Assembly: GCA_016784175.1 (NCBI GenBank)
Contig: JADHVC010000001.1
Location: 5,567 to 69,566 of the forward strand
DNA length: 64,000 nt
Direction: 5' to 3'
From: Patescibacteria group bacterium
Lineage (GTDB): Bacteria; Patescibacteriota; Patescibacteriia; Patescibacteriales; BS150m-G62
Positions 30,893-40,590 of this stretch are shown here, one piece after another. Each line of letters opens with the position of its first letter. The first letter of the stretch is position 1. The translations under genes were made by a program, and so were the position numbers. The notes below the pieces were generated by a model. It did not search any database and was not told where the DNA came from. It saw only the letters and a program-made list of their open reading frames with translations.

Positions 30893-31468
30893 ATGGAAAC
30901 TTTAAAAGGAACAAAAACAGAACAAAATTTATTAAAAGCTTTTGCGGGTGAATCGCAAGCAAGAATGCGTTATGATTATTTTTCTAAGCAAGCAAAGAAA
31001 GAAGGTTTAGAGCAAATTTCTGCCATTTTTTCAGAGACCGCATTAAACGAAAAAGAACATGCAAAAAGATTTTTCAAATTTTTAGAAGGAGGAGCAGTTG
31101 AAATAACAGCCACTTATCCTGCTGGCATGATTGGAAATACACTTCAAAATTTAAAAGAAGCAGCTGGTGGAGAATATGAAGAGTGGGCAGAAATATACCC
31201 TAACTTTGCTCAAACCGCACAAGAAGAAGGCTTTATTGAAGTTGCTACTGCTTTTCGCTTAATTGCAAAAGTAGAAAAAGCACATGAAGAAAGATACAAA
31301 AAGCTCTATAACAATCTAGAAGCTGGTATGGTTTTTAAAAGTGAGGAAAAAGTGATCTGGAAATGCTTAAATTGTGGCTATTTACATGAAGGAGATTCTG
31401 CTCTTGATGAATGTCCAGCTTGCCTACACCCCCAAGCTCATTTTCAAATTAAAGAAAGTAATTACTAA
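30893..31468 (+). CDS. rbr: Rubrerythrin
   Basis: AFAGESQA, EKEHA, EKAHE, C-terminal CLNCG..CPAC rubredoxin domain. Confidence 0.96.
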   Translation: METLKGTKTEQNLLKAFAGESQARMRYDYFSKQAKKEGLEQISAIFSETALNEKEHAKRFFKFLEGGAVEITATYPAGMIGNTLQNLKEAAGGEYEEWAEIYPNFAQTAQEEGFIEVATAFRLIAKVEKAHEERYKKLYNNLEAGMVFKSEEKVIWKCLNCGYLHEGDSALDECPACLHPQAHFQIKESNY

Positions 31469-31724
31469 AGAAACGTAAGAAAGCACAAATAGACATTAAA
31501 CTTACCTGGATTACCACCGTCATTGCCGCTAAAATTTTAAGCATACTTGTCAACAATTGACATTATATAAACTTTGATAAATAATTAACTTACTATGAAG
31601 TTTAACTTATCAAACAATCAAATTACTTTGCACAAGAAATTTATGTTTACATACTGGCCTTGCCTAGAGATTGATTTTGGTTTGTGTAAATTTTAGCTCC
31701 TCAGTAATAAATTTATCTAGACCT

Positions 31725-31748
31725 AAGTCAGTCTCAAGGGACTGACTT
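31725..31748 (+). terminator. Hairpin upstream of the BshC/WbqC-like gene (possible attenuator)
   Basis: AAGTCAGTC-TCAAGG-GACTGACTT followed by a T-rich tail. Confidence 0.5.
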
Positions 31749-31789
31749 TATTGTTCATTCCAATTAAATACAACCAAAAAGGAAATACC

Positions 31790-32905
31790 ATGTTCAATAT
31801 TGTTATATGTAACAATTTGTCATTTGCAGATCTTCGAGACTTACACAACCGTGGTATGCCAGTCATTAAAACACCTCATGTTGGGAATATGTATCCAAAC
31901 AACCTTGCTGTTGCGAAGATAGGCATCCCCCTACTGTTAAATGATAGAACGATAGGTTATAAAGACAAAAATTTTCATCCCCATTTAATTATTCAAAGTG
32001 GTAAGTATGAAGCTATTGCTTGTGATAAAAAATTTACCCCTCACAATGTATTTCAAAAACGAGTAAACGGATACGAGATCGGCTCAAGTGTCGTTAACAT
32101 TCACACAGCAAAGCTTCGCAGAATTTTTCCCAATACCAGAATCGAAACCTACACCGAATATCAGCAAAGGCATATCTCAATATTCACAGAAATTGTTAAT
32201 CTTCTCCTAAGAAATTATTATCAATTGTTTGGAAAATATGTAGACACCAATGGAACCATTCATCTTATTCAGCCAAGTAATGAAAGCTCGATAAGTAAAG
32301 ATAAAATTTTTGGCATAACAAATGCTCATGAAGGCTGGTTGCTTCCCAACATAATAACAATATTGATATGTGGAATTTGTGAAATTTTAGACTACCAAAC
32401 GTATCAATCATATCACCTTTCTGGACCAGACATGGTTCGCTACATTGGCCAACTAAGACCTACTCTAAACGATCTTTATGACCATATTTGTAAACACTCT
32501 TCTTTACCTATTCCGCCACACCTTGATTATTTCTTAATACCAGCCTCAGAGATGAGATTTGCAGTTCACAAATCTCAAGAATCTATTCTTAATGATCTTA
32601 TTGATAGCTATCTATCAACCAAAACCAATAGACAAAATAGATCATCTCAGATGCAAAGTGCGACAGAAGACCAAAAAAAAGAATTAATCGCAACAATAAC
32701 TAGAGAGAGAAAAGCTCACAATAATGTTTTTGCACAAGCAGTGAATACGTGTAAAGGTATATTTTATGATATCCATTCTGCAAAATATCTTAGCCAACAT
32801 GACTTATTTGAGTCTTCAGATCTCTACGTTCATCCTTGGGGTATCAAGACTCCCATCGAGGAAATAGTACATACCGTAAAATACATGAAAAAATTTCTCC
32901 TATAG
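31790..32905 (+). CDS. Hypothetical protein, putative HUP/Rossmann-fold BshC/WbqC-like ligase or transferase
   Basis: KTPHVGN near the N-terminus; YHLSGPDMVRYIGQL; coiled-coil insert; start chosen at MFNIV. Confidence 0.45.
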   Translation: MFNIVICNNLSFADLRDLHNRGMPVIKTPHVGNMYPNNLAVAKIGIPLLLNDRTIGYKDKNFHPHLIIQSGKYEAIACDKKFTPHNVFQKRVNGYEIGSSVVNIHTAKLRRIFPNTRIETYTEYQQRHISIFTEIVNLLLRNYYQLFGKYVDTNGTIHLIQPSNESSISKDKIFGITNAHEGWLLPNIITILICGICEILDYQTYQSYHLSGPDMVRYIGQLRPTLNDLYDHICKHSSLPIPPHLDYFLIPASEMRFAVHKSQESILNDLIDSYLSTKTNRQNRSSQMQSATEDQKKELIATITRERKAHNNVFAQAVNTCKGIFYDIHSAKYLSQHDLFESSDLYVHPWGIKTPIEEIVHTVKYMKKFLL

Positions 32906-32925
32906 GTTGATTTGATTTAACAAAA

Positions 32926-32957
32926 ACTTAGGGTTAGTCACACAACTAACCCTAAGT
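32926..32957. other. Perfect 13-bp stem-loop between co-oriented genes
   Basis: ACTTAGGGTTAGT-CACACA-ACTAACCCTAAGT. Confidence 0.75.
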
Positions 32958-32966
32958 AATTCATTT

Positions 32967-33929
32967 ATGATTTCATCACTAAAAACAATTGATCTTCATC
33001 AAGACATATTATTAAACACAAAATATCCAGATTCTCAAAAAGACGATTCTCAAACTAGCTTTGATATGCTTAAAGCAGCAAACATTAAAATTGTTTTAGG
33101 TTCTGTTTTTCCCATACCACCACAAGAAAATTTTTTTCACCCCAAAGTTAATTCTCTAATAACAAGTGATATAAATTCATATATCAATCAATGCAAACTA
33201 GATATTAATTTTTCGATTATTTTTAATAAAGAAATTCTAAACGATATCATAACAAGCCAAACTAAATACGGCATAATAATCCACATAGAAGGACTAAATG
33301 TTTTTAAAGACCAATGCAGTGATTGGAGACTTTTAGAAAACTGGTTCAATTTGGGCCTCCGATCGATTGGTCCAATCTGGAATTTACACAATAGCTTTGG
33401 AGGTGGTGCACAAGACAATCAAATAGGTTTAACTAGCCTAGGTCATGAACTAATTGAATGGGCAGAAAACAAAGGAGTTCTTATAGATTTCGCTCACATG
33501 AACCCAAAAACTTTTATGGGAGCCGCTAAAATATCCAACAAACCAATACTAGTAAGTCATGGAAATGCTTATGATTTATGCTCAAAAATAAGGAACTACG
33601 ATAAATTACAGCTCAAGCAAATTGCCGAGTCAAATGGTGTTATTGGTATATTTTTTGCTGGTAATTTTATTAAACCTAGTGGGCAACTAAACCTTCAAGA
33701 TGTTGTAGATCATTTTGATTATATTAAAAAAACTATTGGGATCAATCACATATCTATCGGGTCCGATTTTGGTGGAATTATTAATCGAAAAATTAATGGC
33801 CTTGCAAAATCAACCGATCTCCCCGCCCTATATCAAACCCTAGAAAAAAGAGGATATACCCAAAATGAAATTCAAAAAATATCTTACGAAAATGCACTTA
33901 GAGTATTAAATAGTAATATACAATCCTAA
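32967..33929 (+). CDS. Membrane dipeptidase family (peptidase M19)
   Basis: IDLHQD, HIEG, IDFAHM, VSHGN, IGSDFGG, ENALRV. Confidence 0.9.
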   Translation: MISSLKTIDLHQDILLNTKYPDSQKDDSQTSFDMLKAANIKIVLGSVFPIPPQENFFHPKVNSLITSDINSYINQCKLDINFSIIFNKEILNDIITSQTKYGIIIHIEGLNVFKDQCSDWRLLENWFNLGLRSIGPIWNLHNSFGGGAQDNQIGLTSLGHELIEWAENKGVLIDFAHMNPKTFMGAAKISNKPILVSHGNAYDLCSKIRNYDKLQLKQIAESNGVIGIFFAGNFIKPSGQLNLQDVVDHFDYIKKTIGINHISIGSDFGGIINRKINGLAKSTDLPALYQTLEKRGYTQNEIQKISYENALRVLNSNIQS

Positions 33930-33963
33930 GCGAAAAAGTAATGCAGATATAGTGAGCACTTAC
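33915..33963. mobile_element. MITE right-end fragment
   Basis: CAATCCTAAGCGAAAAAGTAATGCAGATATAGTGAGCACTTAC matches the right end of copies A and B. Confidence 0.8.
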
Positions 33964-35108
33964 ATAATATCTTTCATTGTACCCGCCACCATCTCATCAA
34001 TATCAATACTTTTTTCAGCTAGCTCAACCTCGCTTAATTTTGCTTTTGTTTCTGGATGCTTTGGAATAAAACGAGTGCAACAATCATCATGTGGTTTAGC
34101 CGAAATATCGTACGTACCAATAAAACGGGCCTTTTCTATTATGTCTTCCTTATCAAAACACACTAAAGGTCGAATTATGGGCAAATTTACAACGGATCCA
34201 ATAGCACGCATATTTTCTAAAGTTTGAGAAGCCACCTGACCTACTGCTTCACCAGTCACAAGTGCTTTGCAATTTTTCTTAAAAGCTAAGCTTTCAGCAA
34301 TTCTCATCATAGCACGACGATATAAAACAACGCGTAACTTTTCCGGACACTTCATTATAATCTCTTTTTGAATATCAGCAAACGGAAATAAATAAATTTT
34401 AGAACTCGAGCCAAACTTCTCTAACACCTTTACCAAAGCCTTCACCTTATCAACGGAGGCTTGCGAAGTATATGGCATAGAATGAAAATGTAAAAATTCA
34501 ACTTGAATCCCTCGTTTAAGAGCAAACCAAGACGCAACCGGAGAATCAAAACCACCAGATATTAACACCATCGCCTTACCGCTTGTTCCAACTGGCATCC
34601 CACCCATACCCTTTATTTTGTCATAATAAACATAAGCTTGCTTACCTACTAATTCTATGTGACAATTTAACTCTGGGTTTTTTAAGCTAACCTTCTTGCC
34701 ATAGAGATCAACAACAGATGCTCCAATTTTAGTATTCATTTCAGGTGAGTCCATCGGAAAGCTTTTATCTGACCGTCGAGTGCTAATGCGAAAAGTATTA
34801 AACTCTCTATTCTTCAGACTTTTCAAAATTTCTTTCTCTATTAGATCGAAATTAGCTTCAATTACACAAACAAAAGAAAAGTTAGCAATGCCAAAAATTT
34901 TTTCCAGTTTATCACTTACCATATTTATCTCGTCAACACTAAACTCCTTTTTATAATCAACCAAAAAACGACCGAAGATTCTTCTGCAAGTAAAATCACC
35001 ATCCAGCACTCCTTTCAAAGCCACTTTAATATTTTGAACTAATTGGTTTTCAAAAAAATCCCTATTACCACCTTTTAGTCCAATTTCAGAATAATGTATA
35101 ATAATCAT
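33960..35108 (-). CDS. thiI: tRNA 4-thiouridine synthase (no rhodanese domain)
   Basis: YSEIGLKG.NR, THUMP domain, SGGFDSPVA, GQVASQT, DCC. Confidence 0.95.
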   Translation of the reverse strand: MIIIHYSEIGLKGGNRDFFENQLVQNIKVALKGVLDGDFTCRRIFGRFLVDYKKEFSVDEINMVSDKLEKIFGIANFSFVCVIEANFDLIEKEILKSLKNREFNTFRISTRRSDKSFPMDSPEMNTKIGASVVDLYGKKVSLKNPELNCHIELVGKQAYVYYDKIKGMGGMPVGTSGKAMVLISGGFDSPVASWFALKRGIQVEFLHFHSMPYTSQASVDKVKALVKVLEKFGSSSKIYLFPFADIQKEIIMKCPEKLRVVLYRRAMMRIAESLAFKKNCKALVTGEAVGQVASQTLENMRAIGSVVNLPIIRPLVCFDKEDIIEKARFIGTYDISAKPHDDCCTRFIPKHPETKAKLSEVELAEKSIDIDEMVAGTMKDIM

Positions 35109-35131
35109 ATAAAATTTTAATTTAATTTATT

Positions 35132-35971
35132 ATGCCAGAGTTACCAGAGGTTCAAACCATTGTAAACGATTTAAACCAAAATATCAAAGGCGAGACTATT
35201 AGTCGATTTTGGAGTGACTGGAATAAAGGGATCAAGATTTCACTGTCCAAATTCAAAAAGAAAAATAAAAACGCTAAGATTGTTGACGCTGCAAGAATCG
35301 GCAAACACATAATCATCCACTTAGATAATAATTATTCTATAATAATCCACCTAAAAATGACAGGACATTTATTATACAAAAGGAAAAATTTAGACTCTCC
35401 CATTTTTCAAGAACGAGTTAACAACTACGTTCATCATATCTTTTACTTCATAAGTGGCAATACTTTAGAATTTTCTGATTTGCGAAAATTTGGCTGGCTA
35501 AACCTAGTTCCCACCAAAAATGTTAACGAACAAAAATCAATTAAAAAACTAGGCATTGACGCACTTCTATTAACTTCTATAAAATTCAAAAACTTGATAA
35601 ATAAATATCACAAAGCTAAAATTGGTATATTTTTACTTAATCAGGATATAATATCTGGCATTGGCAATATTTATCGAAGTGAAATATTATTCGATGCTCG
35701 TATTAATCCAAAAAAACTTAATAGCAAGTTGTCTAACGTGGAAGTAGAAAACATCTTAATTTCAACAAAAAAAATATTAAAAAAAGCTATAAAGCTAAGA
35801 GGCACAACCGATTCTGATTATAGAGACACTAAAGGTGAATCAGGAAAATTTCAAACGCAACTTAAAGTATACAGAAAAGAAAACCAACCATGTGTTGCTT
35901 GTGCCAAAATAATTACAAAAGAAAAGCTAGCTCAAAGAAGTGTATTCTACTGTCAATCTTGTCAAAAATAA
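35132..35971 (+). CDS. mutM: Formamidopyrimidine-DNA glycosylase
   Basis: MPELPEV, HLKMTG, GIGNIY, C-terminal Zn finger. Confidence 0.96.
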   Translation: MPELPEVQTIVNDLNQNIKGETISRFWSDWNKGIKISLSKFKKKNKNAKIVDAARIGKHIIIHLDNNYSIIIHLKMTGHLLYKRKNLDSPIFQERVNNYVHHIFYFISGNTLEFSDLRKFGWLNLVPTKNVNEQKSIKKLGIDALLLTSIKFKNLINKYHKAKIGIFLLNQDIISGIGNIYRSEILFDARINPKKLNSKLSNVEVENILISTKKILKKAIKLRGTTDSDYRDTKGESGKFQTQLKVYRKENQPCVACAKIITKEKLAQRSVFYCQSCQK

Positions 35972-36023
35972 AACCTCCTACTTTCGTAAGAGGCACTAAA
36001 CAAAGAACACCTAAAAATTCCAA

Positions 36024-36347
36024 CTACTTAGTTTTACGTAAAAACGTAAAACAACTTATAAAAAAGAAACAAGACTCACAATCTAAACTTTTAACCCATC
36101 CAATCTCATGACTTCTCCTACCACGACAAGCCGCATCTCTCACCATCCAACAACACTTACCAGCATGCTTCTCGGTTATTATACCTTCTGGACAATGAAC
36201 AACAGGAACCGGACAAAACCGACCATCATGTCCGACCGGTTTTCTTACTCCTCTGCCACAGTCCATAGCCTCCCAACAATTTAAGCCCCGTCCTCGTATC
36301 AATGCTGCTTGCTCTAAAATATTCTCAATATGATCATCAGCTTTCAT
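36024..36347 (-). CDS. Small Cys-rich two-CW domain protein
   Basis: NCWEAMDCGR..CPV..GKCCWMV..C..CESCFFF; SD GGGGAG before MKADD. Confidence 0.7.
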   Translation of the reverse strand: MKADDHIENILEQAALIRGRGLNCWEAMDCGRGVRKPVGHDGRFCPVPVVHCPEGIITEKHAGKCCWMVRDAACRGRRSHEIGWVKSLDCESCFFFISCFTFLRKTK

Positions 36348-36578
36348 TACTACTCCCCATTGGATTGTTAGTAAAAACATTTCAAAAGAACAATATTTCT
36401 ATAAATCGTTTAAAACAAAAATAATGTCAATCAATGTCAACACTTATATAGTATACACCGTCCCTTCATAAATTCAAGTATATTTATCCCCACTTTAATT
36501 GACTAAATAATACAACTAAGGTAAGCTTAAAATAATTAAATTACTAATATACTTTAGTGATTATTTTTATATAATTAT

Positions 36579-38555
36579 ATGAATGTCAGTGAACTTGCAA
36601 GAAATCTAAAAGTGACACCTCAAGAGCTCCTAAGAACATTACCGGAGATCGGTTTTGATATTGGCGCAAGAGCTATCAAAATTGACTCTCGAACAGCACA
36701 AACCATCATTAGAGACTGGCGACGACTAACAACTCAGTTAAAAGAACAAAAAGAAGAGGAAGAAAATAAACTTAGAACCGAAGAGCGAATCAAAATAAAT
36801 AAAAAGGTCTTAATTCCCAAATTTGTTAGCGTAAAAGATTTTTCAAATATACTTGGATTACCTGTTAGTAAGGTTTTGCCAGAATTAATGAAAAACGGAA
36901 TCTTCACTTCTATTAACGAAAAAATTGACTTTGACACAGCTTCTATTATTGCAACTGACATGGGCTTTGAAGTAGAACAAAAAATTCAAATTGATGATGA
37001 AAGTAGCACAGGCGCAGATCAATTAAAGAATATTTTAGAAAATAAATCCAAGGTCGATAAAACAAAAAGACCGCCTGTTATCGTTGTAATGGGTCATGTC
37101 GACCATGGAAAAACTAGTCTACTTGATGCTATCCGCACAACAGATGTCATGAAAGGAGAAGCTGGTGGCATTACTCAACATATTGGAGCCTACCAAATTG
37201 AACGTAAAGGCGAATTGATTACCTTTATTGACACACCTGGACACGAAGCTTTTTCTGCTATGCGTTCTCGTGGTGCACGAGTTGCTGATATTGCTATTTT
37301 AGTTGTAGCGGCTGACGATGGAGTAAAACCACAAACCATCGAGTCATACAACATGATAAAAAATGCCGGTATTCCATTTATTGTTGCAATTAATAAAATT
37401 GATAAAGATGGTGCAGACATCAATAAAACAAAGCAAGAACTTTCAACCATCCTTAATATTACTCCAGAAGATTGGGGAGGTAAAACAATTTGCTCACCAA
37501 TTTCAGCCAAACAAAAACAAGGCGTTGAAGAACTACTAGACATGGTTCTACTTACCGCAGATGTTGAAAGCGACAATATTATCGCCAATAAGAATGGTGG
37601 CGCTATTGGTACGATTATTGAATCTCGTATTGATAAGGGTGAGGGTCCTGTTGCAACAATACTAATCCAAAATGGCACACTGAGACTTGGCGACCAATTG
37701 TGTTTTAATAACATGATTTATGGTAAAGTGCGTGCTTTAAAAGATTTTCATGGGAAAAATATAAAGTTTGCCGAACCATCCACTCCAACTAAGATTATCG
37801 GTCTAAAAGTTTCTCCGAAAGTTGGAGATATTATGCAAACAGGCGCGGGTGACGGAACCAAAACAAAATTTAAAAAAATCAGAACCAACGCAAGCAGAGA
37901 AATAACCAAGGATAGTTACGATGAATCTAGTGAAACTCTAATCGCAAGACTTAATATTATTTTAAAGACTGATGTACTTGGATCTGGTGAAGCTATCGAA
38001 GACTCTTTGCTAAAACTCAATACAAAAAAAGCCATTGTTAAAATTGTTTCAAAGGGCCTAGGAAATATTACAGAAAGTGATATTGCAAAAGCTGAAGCGA
38101 CAAAGGCTAAAGTACTTGCGTTCAATGTAAAAATACCACCAACAGTTGAAGGTTTAGTGAGAGATAAACAAGTTGAAGCAAAAATTTTTCATATTATTTA
38201 CGACTTGATCGATTACTGTCAAATTGAGCTAAACAAGATAATTAAACCTGAATACATCAGAGTAGAGATAGGAAAACTTAAAGTATTAAGTATATTCCGA
38301 ACAGAAGCTAATTCTCAGATTATTGGTGGCAAAGTGCTTGATGGTGAAGTCACAGAAGACGCTTTAATTGAAGTTTTTCGAAACAAAAAGCTTATCACTA
38401 CAGGAAAATTAACTAACCTACAATCCGGCAAGCAAAATGTGCACAGCGTTGAAATAAACAAAGAATGTGGATTAAAATTTGAAGGAAAACCACTCATAGA
38501 AGAAGGATGTATATTGCAATTTTACAAGAATGAAAAGATCACTAAAGAAGACTAA
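36579..38555 (+). CDS. infB: Translation initiation factor IF-2
   Basis: GHVDHGKT, GGITQHIG, DTPGHEAF, NKID. Confidence 0.98.
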   Translation: MNVSELARNLKVTPQELLRTLPEIGFDIGARAIKIDSRTAQTIIRDWRRLTTQLKEQKEEEENKLRTEERIKINKKVLIPKFVSVKDFSNILGLPVSKVLPELMKNGIFTSINEKIDFDTASIIATDMGFEVEQKIQIDDESSTGADQLKNILENKSKVDKTKRPPVIVVMGHVDHGKTSLLDAIRTTDVMKGEAGGITQHIGAYQIERKGELITFIDTPGHEAFSAMRSRGARVADIAILVVAADDGVKPQTIESYNMIKNAGIPFIVAINKIDKDGADINKTKQELSTILNITPEDWGGKTICSPISAKQKQGVEELLDMVLLTADVESDNIIANKNGGAIGTIIESRIDKGEGPVATILIQNGTLRLGDQLCFNNMIYGKVRALKDFHGKNIKFAEPSTPTKIIGLKVSPKVGDIMQTGAGDGTKTKFKKIRTNASREITKDSYDESSETLIARLNIILKTDVLGSGEAIEDSLLKLNTKKAIVKIVSKGLGNITESDIAKAEATKAKVLAFNVKIPPTVEGLVRDKQVEAKIFHIIYDLIDYCQIELNKIIKPEYIRVEIGKLKVLSIFRTEANSQIIGGKVLDGEVTEDALIEVFRNKKLITTGKLTNLQSGKQNVHSVEINKECGLKFEGKPLIEEGCILQFYKNEKITKED

Positions 38556-38567
38556 TAGATATCACTT

Positions 38568-38915
38568 ATGTCTCGAATCACACAAGTAAATGAACTCTTA
38601 AAGAACAATCTATCGTATATTATTACCAGAGAAATTGAGATAGGCGATGCTTTATTAACAATAACTTATGTAGATACCTCACCCGACCTGCAAAATGCCA
38701 AAGTCGGTATATCTGTGCTACCAAAAAATAATACGGGAACTGTTTTACACAAATTAAAAAATAGCACTGTACAAATAGTTCAAAAACTAAACAAAATAAC
38801 TAAAATCAGGAAAATGCCTAAGTTAAACTGGGTTGTTGATGATACAGAAAACAGACTAGCAGACATGGAAGAATCTTTTTTAGAAATAAAAAGTGAAAGA
38901 CAAAGGACAAGATAA
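38568..38915 (+). CDS. rbfA: Ribosome-binding factor A
   Basis: SPDLQNAKV, RKMPKL..D; follows infB. Confidence 0.85.
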   Translation: MSRITQVNELLKNNLSYIITREIEIGDALLTITYVDTSPDLQNAKVGISVLPKNNTGTVLHKLKNSTVQIVQKLNKITKIRKMPKLNWVVDDTENRLADMEESFLEIKSERQRTR

Positions 38916-38926
38916 ACTACCAAGAA

Positions 38927-39775
38927 ATGTTTAGTCTACTCCACAACTTCGAACCTACTCCTATAATACTCTCAATTGGCTTTATCAAGATTTATTGGTA
39001 TGGTCTTTTTATGATCATCGCAATTTTAAGCGGACTCTTTGTTAGCTTTAAAATTGGTAAATACCATAATTTAAAAGAAAAAACTATTCTTGATTTAGCC
39101 TTCTATTTAATTATATTTGGCATAATTGGAGCTAGAATTTATGACGTATTTCTAGAACTTCCCTACTATTTAAAAGATCCAACCGCTATATTTAGAATCT
39201 GGCAAGGAGGCTTAGCAATTCATGGCGGCTTACTTGGTGGCGCTATAGGCCTTTATTATTTTACAAAAAAAAACAACTCATCTTTGATTAAGCTAGGAGC
39301 CATAATTGCACCAGGACTAGCCCTTGGACAAGCAATCGGTCGATGGGGAAACTACTTTAATCAAGAACTCTTCGGATTACCAACCACTCTGCCTTGGGGA
39401 ATCCCAATAAATATTATAAATCGACCGGAACTCTACATAACCAATACTTATTTCCATCCCACATTCCTATATGAATTTACTGGCAATTTAGTTATTTTTG
39501 GAATACTGCTATACTTAAATTTAACAATCATCAAACAAATCAATAAAAAATCCTCGCAAGAATCAATTTTTAAAGATCAAGAATTAAAAAAGGAGGCAAT
39601 CGACTTAAAATTTGTCATTTTGGCTTATCTATTTCTTTATTCACTTCTTCGACTTAGCTTAGAGCTTGTTAGGATTGACTATACCCCCACTCTCTTTGGT
39701 ATACGCTGGCCTCAAATTATTAGCATAATTATTATTAGCAGTATAATTTATTATAAAGTAAAAAATAAGGAATAA
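38927..39775 (+). CDS. lgt: Prolipoprotein diacylglyceryl transferase
   Basis: WYG, GARIY, GGLAIHGG, GRWGNYFNQE, HPTFLYE. Confidence 0.96.
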   Translation: MFSLLHNFEPTPIILSIGFIKIYWYGLFMIIAILSGLFVSFKIGKYHNLKEKTILDLAFYLIIFGIIGARIYDVFLELPYYLKDPTAIFRIWQGGLAIHGGLLGGAIGLYYFTKKNNSSLIKLGAIIAPGLALGQAIGRWGNYFNQELFGLPTTLPWGIPINIINRPELYITNTYFHPTFLYEFTGNLVIFGILLYLNLTIIKQINKKSSQESIFKDQELKKEAIDLKFVILAYLFLYSLLRLSLELVRIDYTPTLFGIRWPQIISIIIISSIIYYKVKNKE

Positions 39776-39786
39776 CTTATAAAAAT

Positions 39787-40470
39787 ATGACAAATACATA
39801 CATAATATCTCTTGGTGGCTCTTTGATTGCTACTCAACAAGGAATTGAAGTTAATTTTCTAAAGGAATTTAGGGAAGTTATAATCAACCAAGTTTCTAAG
39901 GGTGATCGATTTTTTATAATAACAGGAGGTGGGCAAATCGCAAGAACATCGATCGAATCAGCCAACGAAATAGTCGCACTAAATAATGAACAAAAAGATT
40001 GGATAGGCATAGCTGCTACTAGACTAAATGCAAGCATAGTACGAAATATTTTTTCCGAGTATGGTTATGAAAAAGTTGTACATAACCCAAGCGAAGAAAT
40101 AAAAACAGATAAACCAATAATTGTTAGTGGTGGATGGAAGCCCGGACACTCAACTGACTTTGTTGCTGCTTTCCTAGCCGAAAAACACAATATCAAAACA
40201 ATCATTAATCTGTCCAACATTGACTATGTTTACACAACTGACCCACGGGAAAATCCAGAAGCCACACTAATCAAACAAACTAGTTGGTCAGAGTTTCAAA
40301 AGATCGTCGGCACTCAATGGGAACCAGGTTTAAATGCACCATTTGACCCCATAGCATCACTTAGGTGCGCCGAATCTACTACAAGGGTCATAATATGCCA
40401 TGGTAAAAAAATGACCAACTGGGTTAAGATTTTCAATGATGAAGAATTTGAAGGAACAGTAATTCAATAA
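39787..40470 (+). CDS. pyrH: UMP kinase (archaeal-type)
   Basis: SLGGS, GGGQIAR, GGWKPGHSTD, FDPIA. Confidence 0.9.
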   Translation: MTNTYIISLGGSLIATQQGIEVNFLKEFREVIINQVSKGDRFFIITGGGQIARTSIESANEIVALNNEQKDWIGIAATRLNASIVRNIFSEYGYEKVVHNPSEEIKTDKPIIVSGGWKPGHSTDFVAAFLAEKHNIKTIINLSNIDYVYTTDPRENPEATLIKQTSWSEFQKIVGTQWEPGLNAPFDPIASLRCAESTTRVIICHGKKMTNWVKIFNDEEFEGTVIQ

Positions 40471-40493
40471 ACAATATAAACACTAAAAAAAAC

Positions 40494-40548
40494 GTAACTG
40501 CTCACTATACCTGCATTATTTTTGAGCGCATATGAAATAAGCAGTTAC
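40494..40548. mobile_element. Internally deleted 55-bp MITE with a 10-bp flanking direct repeat
   Basis: GTAACTGCTCACTATACCTGCATT...GCAGTTAC; TAAAAAAAAC at 40484-40493 and 40549-40558. Confidence 0.8.
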
Positions 40549-40552
40549 TAAA

Positions 40553-40589
40553 AAAAACACCTCGCTTAATTGTTATGCGAGGTGTTTTT
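40553..40589. terminator. Bidirectional terminator
   Basis: AAAAACACCTCGC..GCGAGGTGTTTTT between convergent genes. Confidence 0.8.
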
Positions 40590-40590
40590 G

